Source: a virus (taxonomy: Duplodnaviria; Caudoviricetes). From it: a stretch of DNA of 64,000 nt. Position 1 is the stretch's first letter. Each line of letters opens with the position of its first letter. The stretch is from positions 224,001 through 288,000 of IMG/VR virus record IMGVR_UViG_3300033555_000001; one strand, 5' to 3'. Shown in pieces: positions 26,938 through 36,190 of this stretch. The position numbers were made by a program, and so were the translations under genes. Below the pieces are notes generated by a model, which saw only the letters and a list, made by a program, of their open reading frames with translations, searched no databases and was not told the DNA's origin.

Positions 26938-27282
26938 ATGATGAACCCAAAAATTAAAGCTCTGTGGGTAGCCGCACTCAGGAGCGGTGATTACAAGCAG
27001 GCTACTCAAGAACTTCGCCGTGGAAATGCGTTCTGTTGTCTAGGAGTGCTGTGTAATTTGCACGCCATTGCTCATCCGAAAATCGCTATATTAGAAACAA
27101 GCCGGGCACAATATCTCGGTAATAACAGTATATTACACGACTCAGTTATGGCCTGGGCTGGCTTGACCTGGGATATAGGTGATGAGGTAATCATTGATGG
27201 TTCATCTAGAGCATTAGCTGGACATAATGATATTGGTAAAACCTTCAAGCAAATTGCAGCCGCAATTGAGGAACAACTATGA
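26938..27282 (+). CDS. conserved phage protein, tandem paralog 1 of 3
   Basis: MNPxIKAxWVAALRS.DYKQ...FCCLGVLCNLH...HND...IEEQL. Confidence 0.8.
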   Translation: MMNPKIKALWVAALRSGDYKQATQELRRGNAFCCLGVLCNLHAIAHPKIAILETSRAQYLGNNSILHDSVMAWAGLTWDIGDEVIIDGSSRALAGHNDIGKTFKQIAAAIEEQL

Positions 27283-27620
27283 ACCCAGAAATTAAAGCTC
27301 AGTGGGTTGCCGCTCTTCGCAGTAAAGACTATAAGCAGACTACTCAGCAACTGCGCCGTGGAAATAAATTCTGCTGTTTAGGCGTGCTGTGTAACTTGCA
27401 CGCTATCGCTCATCCAGAAATTGCGGCAAAAGAAACTGACCCAAGATCGTACTTTCACAGTGATGACGTACTGCCAAAACAAGTTATGAAGTGGGCCGGT
27501 TTAAAGTTTGCATATGGCGGCGCAGTAACGATCAACGGTGAAGTTGACACACTTGACTCTCACAACGACAATGGTGTGTCCTTTAACGTGATAGCAACAG
27601 CAATTGAGGAACAGCTGTGA
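27279..27620 (+). CDS. conserved phage protein, tandem paralog 2 of 3
   Basis: Same motif set. Confidence 0.8.
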   Translation: MNPEIKAQWVAALRSKDYKQTTQQLRRGNKFCCLGVLCNLHAIAHPEIAAKETDPRSYFHSDDVLPKQVMKWAGLKFAYGGAVTINGEVDTLDSHNDNGVSFNVIATAIEEQL

Positions 27621-27958
27621 ATCCAGAAATTAAAGCGAAGTGGGTTGCTGCCCTTAGAAGCGGTGATTACAAGCAAGGTCATTTTCAGCTGCGAAAGAAC
27701 AATGAGTTTTGTTGCCTAGGAGTGCTGTGTAACTTGCACGCCATTGCTCATCCAGAAATTGCGGCAAAAGAAACTGACCCAAGGAGTTATATGGGGTGTG
27801 ATGGCTTTTTGCCAGCAGCGGTAACAAAGTGGGCAGGACGTGACACAGGCAGCGAAAAAATCACCATTGACGGCCACGAGGCACAGCTGGTAACTCACAA
27901 CGATACCTTTAAACACACGTTTGATCAAATTGCTGATGCAATTGAGGAACAGCTTTAA
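27617..27958 (+). CDS. conserved phage protein, tandem paralog 3 of 3
   Basis: Same motif set, GTG start. Confidence 0.8.
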   Translation: MNPEIKAKWVAALRSGDYKQGHFQLRKNNEFCCLGVLCNLHAIAHPEIAAKETDPRSYMGCDGFLPAAVTKWAGRDTGSEKITIDGHEAQLVTHNDTFKHTFDQIADAIEEQL

Positions 27959-28108
27959 TGGGCATACCTCTTGTAAAGTTTGCTCTTGAAGCTGAGCAAA
28001 TCAGCGTACTTAAGGCATAACTTTAGTCCGCCGTTAAATTGTAACGGTGGTGTACATTCCCGGCAGGGGTGTGATAAAATGTCTCTATTGAATTAACGAA
28101 AGAGAAAC

Positions 28109-29473
28109 ATGACCGCAGCCTTTGTTCGAGTTCTAAAAGAATGTGAATCTGCGGGAGGGGCCGGCTCCAAGGATGTTATTAAGCAATCTTTGATAACACT
28201 TGATGAAGATGGTCGTAAACTCTTTGAATATGCGATGGATCCTTTCCTGGTATTTGGTGTCAAGAAATTTGACGAGCCCCAGCACTTTGCGGACACAGAC
28301 GCCTGCACAGACCGGTTCTTAGAATTACTAGACTTGCTTGCGGCTCGCAAAATTACCGGCAACGCGGCCAGAGAGTGGGTAACCAACATTCTTTCGCAGT
28401 ACACAGAAGACACAGCAAAATATCTCTCTAGAGTTATTGACAAAGACCTGCAAGCTGGATTCTCGCTGGAAACTTTTAATAAAATTGCCGCAAAAGAAGG
28501 TTGGTCGCTTATTCGCGATTTTACCGTGCAACTCGCGGACAAGTGCGCCGATGCTGATGAGTTCGAGCGCTACATTACTTTTCCATGTCAAGCAGATGTA
28601 AAATATGATGGTGAGAGAAATATTGCCTTTCAGCTCCTGGAAGAATCTAACTTTGCACCGGCTGGTTCCTCATATCGTTCACGCTCTGGTAAAATTGCCG
28701 CGCACATGAATGGTTTGTTTGATGAAGAGCTTGCACGAATCAGGGAATACCTGGGCTATGATTTTGTCCTTGATGGTGAGCGTATGGCAAAGGACTATAT
28801 TGAAACCATTAACGCTAAAAAGTCCGGTGCTGAAGGAGAAGCTGGAAAAGCCAACATGCGATTCCGTGCATTCTTCCTAATGCCACTTGCCGATTGGATT
28901 GCGCAGAAAACTGAAATCACAACCCGCCAAAATCGAGAAGCACTGCAAGAAATTCTGGCCGCGTGTAAATGCGAAAAGATTATTTTATCAGAGGGCCGGG
29001 AAGTTACAGACTATGCTGATATGATTGCGCACTGCGATGAAGTCACGGCGCCTGGATTTGATAATCAACCTAAAGGACACGAGGGTTTGATCTTGAAAGA
29101 CTGGAATAGCACGTACGAGTGGGATCGCTCGCATGCCTGGACAAAAGTTAAAAAGTTTTACGACGCAGACGCTCGCATCTTAAGCTGGGAGCTTGGTAAA
29201 AAGCGTAACGCTGCACGCATGGGCCGGGTAAACGTGGGTGGCTGGCTGGAAGATGGCACGTATTTTGAGTGCGGCGTTGGCAGTGGTTGGGGTGATAAAG
29301 ATCGTGATGATTGCGCCGCTAACTTTGACGAGAAGTGGTTAGGCAAGACGGTTGTTGTAAAGTATCAAGAGGTTTCTAAGGGCAAAAATAAAGATCATGC
29401 CTCGCTGCGCTTTCCAACTGTTGATCAGGCTAAGTTGTTCCGTGACGACAAAATTGTTCCACTGAAAGATTAA
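28109..29473 (+). CDS. lig: ATP-dependent DNA ligase
   Basis: VKYDGER adenylation motif, VLDGE, EGLILK, WTKVK, SLRFP; promoter TGTACA/TAAAAT 28051-28080. Confidence 0.92.
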   Translation: MTAAFVRVLKECESAGGAGSKDVIKQSLITLDEDGRKLFEYAMDPFLVFGVKKFDEPQHFADTDACTDRFLELLDLLAARKITGNAAREWVTNILSQYTEDTAKYLSRVIDKDLQAGFSLETFNKIAAKEGWSLIRDFTVQLADKCADADEFERYITFPCQADVKYDGERNIAFQLLEESNFAPAGSSYRSRSGKIAAHMNGLFDEELARIREYLGYDFVLDGERMAKDYIETINAKKSGAEGEAGKANMRFRAFFLMPLADWIAQKTEITTRQNREALQEILAACKCEKIILSEGREVTDYADMIAHCDEVTAPGFDNQPKGHEGLILKDWNSTYEWDRSHAWTKVKKFYDADARILSWELGKKRNAARMGRVNVGGWLEDGTYFECGVGSGWGDKDRDDCAANFDEKWLGKTVVVKYQEVSKGKNKDHASLRFPTVDQAKLFRDDKIVPLKD

Positions 29474-29475
29474 CC

Positions 29476-29976
29476 GTGAATCTGTTCAAGCTCTATGCTA
29501 ATCCTGAAGAGCTTGACAGTTATGAAGAGGCGCATGAGCTTGTCCCACTTTTAATGTGGGAAAAATACTGGCACAATCCAGCCGAACTAAAAAAGAGAGA
29601 ACACGTAATCACAAAAGATGCAAATGTGTCTTATATGTACGCGCGGTTCATTATAGGCGAAAGATTTGAAGCTGCTGAAGCCATGATTGCAACGTGCGCG
29701 GCCTCGGCTTATGAATATGCTTTCTTTGTTTTAGAGTCAAGATTTGAAGCAGGTGAAGCTGCAATTGCTACCTCAACTAGCTATGCTTATGGATATGCAA
29801 AATACGTTTTAAAAGCAAGATTTGAAGCCGGTGAAGCCGCAATTGCAAAGCATTGCCCAACCTCTTATTGTTATGCAACTAAGATTATTAAAACTCGTTT
29901 CCCCGCTGGTGAAGTCGTAATCGCTAAAGATCAGCGGTTGTCGCAAAAGTATAATGATTTTATTGCACAGTTATAA
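29476..29976 (+). CDS. 26-aa repeat protein, diverged plus-strand copy of the 31.7-34.7 kb family
   Basis: MNLFKLY.NPEELD...LKKRE, four RF(E/P)AGEA.IA repeats. Confidence 0.8.
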   Translation: MNLFKLYANPEELDSYEEAHELVPLLMWEKYWHNPAELKKREHVITKDANVSYMYARFIIGERFEAAEAMIATCAASAYEYAFFVLESRFEAGEAAIATSTSYAYGYAKYVLKARFEAGEAAIAKHCPTSYCYATKIIKTRFPAGEVVIAKDQRLSQKYNDFIAQL

Positions 29977-29977
29977 T

Positions 29978-30466
29978 ATGAAAGATAGACAAATGAAAAA
30001 CAAATCGCCGTGGATCTCTACGGCAGACAGGCTGCCCGAAATTAATACACCCGTGCTCTTTGTGCACTCTGGCACAATATACGATGGTGTAGTCTGGTGG
30101 TATAAAGATAAGAATATAGTGAGTTATGTTTTTGCTGTGGGCACAGCTCAAGGTGGTGACCAACTCTTTCAAGCAGCAGAGGTCCAGCACTGGATGCCAC
30201 GCCCAGTAATTCCAGTTCAAACTGAACGCTTGCTGCACAGCGAAATGATTGTCAGTACACCTCATTTATCAAAAATACTCAAGCTGTTTAAGAAAAAGAA
30301 TCATCAGTCTGCAGGGTACTCTTTTGAGTTCGAAGACTGTGGCACAATTAAAGAGGCCTGCAAAGCAAGGCCGGACTTAGTGCCTGATGGATATGAAGAT
30401 CAGCATGAACTAAACGTTAGCGGTGGTGTGCTCCAGGTGTACCGTGACTGTCTGATTAAACCCTAA
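29978..30466 (+). CDS. DUF551-like protein
   Basis: WISTADRLPE...V.HWMP. Confidence 0.7.
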   Translation: MKDRQMKNKSPWISTADRLPEINTPVLFVHSGTIYDGVVWWYKDKNIVSYVFAVGTAQGGDQLFQAAEVQHWMPRPVIPVQTERLLHSEMIVSTPHLSKILKLFKKKNHQSAGYSFEFEDCGTIKEACKARPDLVPDGYEDQHELNVSGGVLQVYRDCLIKP

Positions 30467-30618
30467 TAGCGCCCATTAATCAAGCCTAATAAATTTAACC
30501 GGGCCACCCGAGCCCTCCCGCATCTATATAACCCGCTGGTCCCAAGAACAAAACGATTTAGAACTAAAGAATCAATCCCGGCTATTTGTAAATAAGAGGT
30601 GAACAAAAAGAGCCAATC

Positions 30619-30792
30619 ATGAAGCTGTACGATTTTTCAGTCCATGCAAAAAGACGAGACGCTAACCAGTCTGCGGAGCGTGTCTGCGCACTGCGCACTA
30701 AGTTAAACGAACCTGGAGCGGTAATTGAACTTAAAGCACGTGTGCAGTGCTGGCTTGTGCTGCACGAAGAAATACTTAAGATGGCCTCTTAA
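30619..30792 (+). CDS. small hypothetical protein (57 aa, MKLYDF leader)
   Basis: Not in the track; TAAATA at 30589-94 upstream. Confidence 0.5.
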   Translation: MKLYDFSVHAKRRDANQSAERVCALRTKLNEPGAVIELKARVQCWLVLHEEILKMAS

Positions 30793-30860
30793 CCCGAAGA
30801 ACTGCTCTGCACTATCATAAAAAGATTTAAAATATAGTAACTCTTCTTGAAAGACTTACT

Positions 30861-31676
30861 ATGCTGATGCGCATTGCCTCTGACCTGCACCTCGAACAAT
30901 GGGCCGACATGGATGTTGCCGCCCTTGAGATTAATCACCTTCCAAAAGACGACAGGGATCTGGGCTCAGTTCTTGTGCTAGCAGGCGATATCTCTTCTTC
31001 TCCTACACAGCTCGTTGCTTTCATTAAACAAGTTGAACAGCGGTTCAAGCACGTAATCTATCTCGCCGGGAATCATGAGTGGTACCGCCATGAGGTAACC
31101 GCCGTAGTTCCTTATACTGAAAGCCTGTTTAAAGAATATACGGTTAACACCTCACGGGAATTGGGCGGTGTTGGTGTCAAGATTATTGAAGGCACCAAAT
31201 TTATCTTTGGCACGCTGTGGGCCGATGGTGGCAGTACTGCTTTTGACCGCATGGCCGTTGAGCGCGGGCTGTGGGACTTTAATATCATCCGAGTAAATGG
31301 CTTGCGCTTTACTGTGGCGCGCATGCAGGCAATTCACAAGGCTCAAAAAGCACAAATTATTGCTGCTCTTAAAGAACCGTTTGACGGTGTTACTGTTGTT
31401 GCAACTCACCACATGCCATCTTATCGGTTGTGCCATCCTCGCTTTGGCACTGACATTAACGGCGGGTTTGCATCGAACTGTGAGGATATTCTGGCATATG
31501 ATATGGCACCGGACTTCTGGGTTTTTGGCCATACGCACGATGTGATTGATACTAAGATCTTTAACACACGGTGTATTTCTAACCCGTCTGGTTATCGCAA
31601 TGAAAAAGATACGTGTTACAACGATTACTGTATGGGTCCAAAGTTTTTTGAGCTAGAAACTACTTCAGTGACTTAA
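30861..31676 (+). CDS. calcineurin-like metallophosphoesterase
   Basis: SDLH, AGD, GNHE, THH, GHTH. Confidence 0.92.
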   Translation: MLMRIASDLHLEQWADMDVAALEINHLPKDDRDLGSVLVLAGDISSSPTQLVAFIKQVEQRFKHVIYLAGNHEWYRHEVTAVVPYTESLFKEYTVNTSRELGGVGVKIIEGTKFIFGTLWADGGSTAFDRMAVERGLWDFNIIRVNGLRFTVARMQAIHKAQKAQIIAALKEPFDGVTVVATHHMPSYRLCHPRFGTDINGGFASNCEDILAYDMAPDFWVFGHTHDVIDTKIFNTRCISNPSGYRNEKDTCYNDYCMGPKFFELETTSVT

Positions 31677-32241
31677 TAAAATTATTGTATTCCTCGGCAT
31701 ACTCTTGTGACTTAGCAATTGCCGCTTCACCTGCAGGAAACCTTCCCTTGAGCACGTACATTGCGTAAGATAAGGAAGAGTCCGCGTCAGCAGCTATTGC
31801 CGCCTCGCCTGCAGGAAACCTGCCTTCAATCGCGTACTCCGCGTAATTTAAGGATTCGTTCGGGTCAGCAGCTATTGCCGCTTCACCCGCTGGAAACCTG
31901 CCATCAAGTACACTCACCGCATAAAAACCGGCCCATTCTGCACTCTTAGCTATTGCTGCCTCACCAGCTGGAAATCTGCCTTTGAGCACGTTACCTGCAT
32001 AATTACATGACCGTCCTGCACTCTTAGCTATTGCCGCTTCACCAGCAGGAAACCTGCCTTCAAGCACGCGGCTTGCATAATAGTAAGCTGTATTAGCATC
32101 TTTAGCAAACAGTGCTTCTCTCTTTTTTAATTCCTCTTTATCGTCTTCATATTTCTTCCAAACAATAGAAGGAACATGATCCTGTGCATGGTCATAGTGA
32201 TCAAGAGATGTTGGCTTTGAATGTAGGTTGTACAGGTTCAT
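31660..32241 (-). CDS. 26-aa repeat protein, array member 6 (5 repeats, 193 aa)
   Basis: MNLYNLH...LKKREA + GRFPAGEAAIA x5. Confidence 0.88.
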   Translation of the reverse strand: MNLYNLHSKPTSLDHYDHAQDHVPSIVWKKYEDDKEELKKREALFAKDANTAYYYASRVLEGRFPAGEAAIAKSAGRSCNYAGNVLKGRFPAGEAAIAKSAEWAGFYAVSVLDGRFPAGEAAIAADPNESLNYAEYAIEGRFPAGEAAIAADADSSLSYAMYVLKGRFPAGEAAIAKSQEYAEEYNNFIKSLK

Positions 32242-32819
32242 TTTAGTTTCTTAACGAAATCATTGTATTTCTCGGCATACTCTTGTGACTTAGCTATTGT
32301 CTTCTCACCCGCTGGAAACCTGCCTTTCAGCACGTACATTGCGTAAGTTAAGGAAGCTTCTGCACTAGTAGCAATTGCCGCTTCGCCTGCAGGAAACCTG
32401 CCCTCAAGTATATGCGCCGCATATTGATACGACCTGTTTGCACTAGTAGCAATTGCTGCTTCACCTGCCGGAAACCTGCCTTCAAGCACGTGACTTGCAT
32501 ATTGATACGACCATTCTACATTAGTAGCAATTGCCGCTTCTCCAGCTGGGAACCTGCCTTGTGTAACATACTGTGCGTACATAAATGCGTATTCAGGGTC
32601 TTTAGCAATTGCAGCTTCGCCCGCAGGAAATCTACCTTCAAGCGCGTCGTATGCGTAATAGTAAGCAGTTTTAGCATCTTTAGCAAGAATAGCTTCTCTC
32701 TTTTTTAATTCAGCTGGCTTATTTTTATATTTCTTCCATACCAAATACGGAACATGATCAGCTGCCACATCATGGTGATCAAGGGATTCAGGTTTTGCGT
32801 GAAGTTTATAGAGGTTCAT
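32238..32819 (-). CDS. 26-aa repeat protein, array member 5 (5 repeats, 193 aa)
   Basis: GRFPAGEAAIA repeats. Confidence 0.88.
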   Translation of the reverse strand: MNLYKLHAKPESLDHHDVAADHVPYLVWKKYKNKPAELKKREAILAKDAKTAYYYAYDALEGRFPAGEAAIAKDPEYAFMYAQYVTQGRFPAGEAAIATNVEWSYQYASHVLEGRFPAGEAAIATSANRSYQYAAHILEGRFPAGEAAIATSAEASLTYAMYVLKGRFPAGEKTIAKSQEYAEKYNDFVKKLK

Positions 32820-33319
32820 TTTAACGTCGACAAAAATTTATTGTATTCACTTGAATACTCTTGCGATTTTGCAATTGTAGCTTCACCAGCGGGGAACCTG
32901 CCCTTAAGTACGTACACTGCGTAATTTAAGGATTCGTACGCATCAGTAGCAATAGCTGCCTCTCCAGCAAGAAATCTATCTTTGAGCACGTACAGTGCGT
33001 AAGTTAAGGAATCGCGCGCACTAGTAGCAATTGCCGCTTCACCTGCTGGAAATCTTCCTTTATGTACGTACCGTGCGTAATTAACTGACCAGTTTGCACT
33101 AGTAGCAATTGCTGCTTCACCAGCAGGAAACCTGCCTTTTAACACGTACCGTGCGTACTCATAGGCAAATGGCGCATCTTTCGCAAGAACAGCTTCTCTT
33201 TTCTTTAACTCAGCTGGATTATTTTTGTATTTCGCAAAAACAAGAGATGGTACAGTATCGTGTGCAAGATCATAATGGTCGAGAGACTCGGGTTTAGTGT
33301 GTAAGTTATATAGGTTCAT
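32816..33319 (-). CDS. 26-aa repeat protein, array member 4 (4 repeats, 167 aa)
   Basis: GRFPAGEAAIA repeats. Confidence 0.88.
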   Translation of the reverse strand: MNLYNLHTKPESLDHYDLAHDTVPSLVFAKYKNNPAELKKREAVLAKDAPFAYEYARYVLKGRFPAGEAAIATSANWSVNYARYVHKGRFPAGEAAIATSARDSLTYALYVLKDRFLAGEAAIATDAYESLNYAVYVLKGRFPAGEATIAKSQEYSSEYNKFLSTLK

Positions 33320-33897
33320 TTTAATTTGCTAATAAAAGTGTTGTACTCTTTTGCGTATTCAGGGTCTTTAGCAATTGCCGCCTCTCCAGCAGGAAACCTG
33401 TCTTTTAACACCCACTCCGCATAAGTTAAGGATTCGCTCGAGTCAGTAGCTATTGCCGCCTCTCCAGCTGGGAACCTGTCTTTTAACACGTGCAACGCAT
33501 AATTACACGACTGGTATGCATCAGTAGCAATTGCTGCTTCACCAGCCGGAAATCTGCCCCTTAACACGTACAACGCATATTGACACGACTTGTATGCATC
33601 AGCAGCAATTGCTGCTTCACCTGCCGGAAACCTGCTCTGTATAACATACTGCGCGTACATAAATGCATGCTCAGGGTCTTTAGCAATTGCCGCTTCGCCC
33701 ACCGGGAACCTGCCCTTTAACGCGTACCGCGCATATTGATACGCGTACTTAGCATCTTTCGCAAACAGCGCTTCCCTCTTTTTTAACTCAGCCGGGTCGT
33801 CTCTATATTTCTCCCAAACAATAGATGGAACACTATCTTGTGCGTGATCATGGTGGTCGAGAGACTCAGGCTTTGAATGGAGGTTGTACAGGTTCAT
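33316..33897 (-). CDS. 26-aa repeat protein, array member 3 (5 repeats, 193 aa)
   Basis: GRFPAGEAAIA repeats. Confidence 0.88.
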   Translation of the reverse strand: MNLYNLHSKPESLDHHDHAQDSVPSIVWEKYRDDPAELKKREALFAKDAKYAYQYARYALKGRFPVGEAAIAKDPEHAFMYAQYVIQSRFPAGEAAIAADAYKSCQYALYVLRGRFPAGEAAIATDAYQSCNYALHVLKDRFPAGEAAIATDSSESLTYAEWVLKDRFPAGEAAIAKDPEYAKEYNTFISKLK

Positions 33898-34397
33898 TTT
33901 AACATTTTCAGCAATTTATCGTAGTCAGCAGAATACTCATCGTCAGCTCTTATTGCTGCTTCGCCCGCAGGAAATCTGCCCTCAATAATATCCCTTGCGT
34001 ACAGATATGCATATTTTGCGTCCTTAGCAATTGCTGCTTCACCAGTGGGAAATCTGCCCTTTAAAATAAAGCGAGCGTACTCGTATGAGTGCTCTAAAAT
34101 TTTAGCAATTGCTGCTTCGCCGGCAGGAAACCTGCCCCTTAACACGTACGTCGCGTACATAAATGCGTTTTGAGGGCTCTTAGCAATAGCCGCTTCACCA
34201 GCCGGAAATTTTCCTTGAAGAATATCATAGGCGTATTCATACGCGTACTTTTGATCTTTCGCAAACAGCGCTTCTCTCTTTGTTAATTCCTTTGTATTGC
34301 CTTCATATTTGTCCCATGCAACTGATGGTACAGTATCATGCGCCACATCATGGTGATCAAGAGACTCGGGCTTTGAATGTAGGTTGTATAGGTTCAT
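33894..34397 (-). CDS. 26-aa repeat protein, array member 2 (4 repeats, 167 aa)
   Basis: G(K/R)FPAGEAAIA repeats. Confidence 0.88.
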   Translation of the reverse strand: MNLYNLHSKPESLDHHDVAHDTVPSVAWDKYEGNTKELTKREALFAKDQKYAYEYAYDILQGKFPAGEAAIAKSPQNAFMYATYVLRGRFPAGEAAIAKILEHSYEYARFILKGRFPTGEAAIAKDAKYAYLYARDIIEGRFPAGEAAIRADDEYSADYDKLLKMLK

Positions 34398-34741
34398 TTT
34401 AGCGCGCCAATAAAATTGTTGTATTTTTTTGCTACTTCTGGATTTCTCGCAATAGCCGCTTCACCTGCCGGAAACCTGTCTTTTAAGACGTAAAAGGCAT
34501 ATTGATACGACCAGTACTCATCTGTAGCAATCACCGCTTCTCCAGCCGGAAATTTTCCTTGAAGAATGTTCCGTGCGTACCTGTAAGCAATTTCTGAATC
34601 TTTAGCAAGAGCAGCTTCTCTTTTCTTTAACTCAGCAGCGTCGTCTCTATATTTCTCCCAAACAATAGATGGAACACTATCTTGTGCCGCGGCGTGATGG
34701 TCGAGAGACTCTGGTTTAGCGTGCAGGTTATACAGGTTCAT
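34394..34741 (-). CDS. 26-aa repeat protein, array member 1 (2 repeats, 115 aa)
   Basis: Two RFPAGEA units. Confidence 0.85.
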   Translation of the reverse strand: MNLYNLHAKPESLDHHAAAQDSVPSIVWEKYRDDAAELKKREAALAKDSEIAYRYARNILQGKFPAGEAVIATDEYWSYQYAFYVLKDRFPAGEAAIARNPEVAKKYNNFIGALK

Positions 34742-35502
34742 TATTTTGGCAAATGTTCTTTGTAGTGTTTAGCAATTAATTTGTTGATAAACGCTGTATA
34801 GGCCGGAAGTTCGCTAAGAGCCTTGATCTCTGTAGCTTTAACCTCCACATCTCGCTCGTCCATGAATGATTCAGACTCATAGTGAAATTGGAATTTTCTG
34901 TCCTTGCCGCCAAGCTTGCTCATGATGATCATGAGATCGCCATCTTTACTGTAATTGTCAAACTGGTTGTTGTCTTTTGCTGCAGTGCACCATTTTGTTC
35001 CGGAGCCGTACAAGCACGCTGCCTCTTCAGTACGCGGAATAATTACTTTAAAGCCAGGAGCCTCAAAGAATACTTCGGCATCTTTTTTGATGGCTGCAGC
35101 TTTAGCGTTGTTTGAAACTGGAATATCAGATTCATCAAACTGCTCCAGGGCGTCGTACAACTGCTCCAGCGATTTGTACTGGTTTAAATCTTTTACTTCA
35201 AGCTTTGATTTAAACTTATCAAACTTTTCAAGTTCGCCGCGAATACGACCGGCATCTTCAACTTTATAATGCCCAAGGATGTACTGTTTGGTAAGCCACA
35301 CCGTGTTTACCTTTTTACCAATATCCGCGTTAGCACTTATAAAATTAACAAGCTCTAACTCATCCTTGATTTTCTTGGCGCTGCCGTCTTTTTCCATGGC
35401 AGCAAGAATTTTGTCCTTGAACTGGGCAGCGGTGAATTCGATGCGGCCTTCAACCAACATGTTTAAATAGAGTACTGGAGCGTGCAGTTCAACTAATTTC
35501 AT
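34741..35502 (-). CDS. GTKWCT-motif protein (tentatively PcfJ-like), first gene of the repeat operon
   Basis: EEAACLYGSGTKWCTAA...F..Y...G...KFQFH...FMDERD; MKLVEL leader. Confidence 0.5.
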   Translation of the reverse strand: MKLVELHAPVLYLNMLVEGRIEFTAAQFKDKILAAMEKDGSAKKIKDELELVNFISANADIGKKVNTVWLTKQYILGHYKVEDAGRIRGELEKFDKFKSKLEVKDLNQYKSLEQLYDALEQFDESDIPVSNNAKAAAIKKDAEVFFEAPGFKVIIPRTEEAACLYGSGTKWCTAAKDNNQFDNYSKDGDLMIIMSKLGGKDRKFQFHYESESFMDERDVEVKATEIKALSELPAYTAFINKLIAKHYKEHLPK

Positions 35503-35529
35503 TTTTAATCCTAGTAAGAAAAGTCTCAG

Positions 35530-35536
35530 TATTTAG
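35530..35536 (-). promoter_or_regulatory. putative late promoter of the repeat operon
   Basis: CTAAATA on minus, 28 nt upstream of ATG 35502. Confidence 0.55.
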
Positions 35537-35642
35537 CACGGCCAGAATCGATTACCACAGGTTTAACTTGAGCGCTGTGAGTGCTTTTTAATGTTATAGT
35601 ACATGCAGAAATAAAATAACTTACACTGGACACGGCACTACA

Positions 35643-36074
35643 ATGGCTGAGATCATAGACTTTATCGCGCGACGAAATGAAAAGCTACGGGGAGCCCCAG
35701 CGGTAACAATCAGCGAGCTCTCTGCGCAGGCGACTCAATTTTTGCTGGGTGACTGGGAAAAGATGGCGCGGGCGAACCGGCTTAACGATTACTTTAGGCA
35801 ATCTATGCCCTCGTCAGTTGATCAGTTTTCAAAGATTAACTACATGAATGACTTGAACGAGATTGCTAAGCTTGAACTTAATCTTGACTTGCGCCCCATG
35901 ATTTTCTTTCCTGGCACAACTCACCGCACCCAAATTGGCTGGGTCGTGCAGTTCAAACTCGCCAATACCACCGTGCTTACCCCAGAGCTGGCCAGTGAAG
36001 CCTACGCCAGATGCTTTTCTATTCTGTTATTTTTAAGAGTAAAACGTGCAGCACTTGATGCAAGGTTAATATGA
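35643..36074 (+). CDS. hypothetical protein
   Basis: 143-aa ORF. Confidence 0.75.
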   Translation: MAEIIDFIARRNEKLRGAPAVTISELSAQATQFLLGDWEKMARANRLNDYFRQSMPSSVDQFSKINYMNDLNEIAKLELNLDLRPMIFFPGTTHRTQIGWVVQFKLANTTVLTPELASEAYARCFSILLFLRVKRAALDARLI

Positions 36075-36190
36075 ACAAGAAACTTAAAGAAAATATTGTC
36101 GCGGTAATTGGCTGGACGCTGGTCGGTTATGGTATTATTTGGGGCGGTCAAGTACTTATTTTGGTGCTCTGGGCCGCCGATATCTTGTAA
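36071..36190 (+). CDS. small membrane protein (39 aa)
   Basis: Not in the track; AAGG RBS, ATGA overlap, hydrophobic. Confidence 0.55.
   Translation: MNKKLKENIVAVIGWTLVGYGIIWGGQVLILVLWAADIL

Noticed and set aside
31660-34741. Diversity-generating retroelement or CRISPR array
   Set aside because: The 78-bp units are in-frame coding repeats with synonymous variation; no reverse transcriptase, template repeat, unique spacers or cas genes are in the window.
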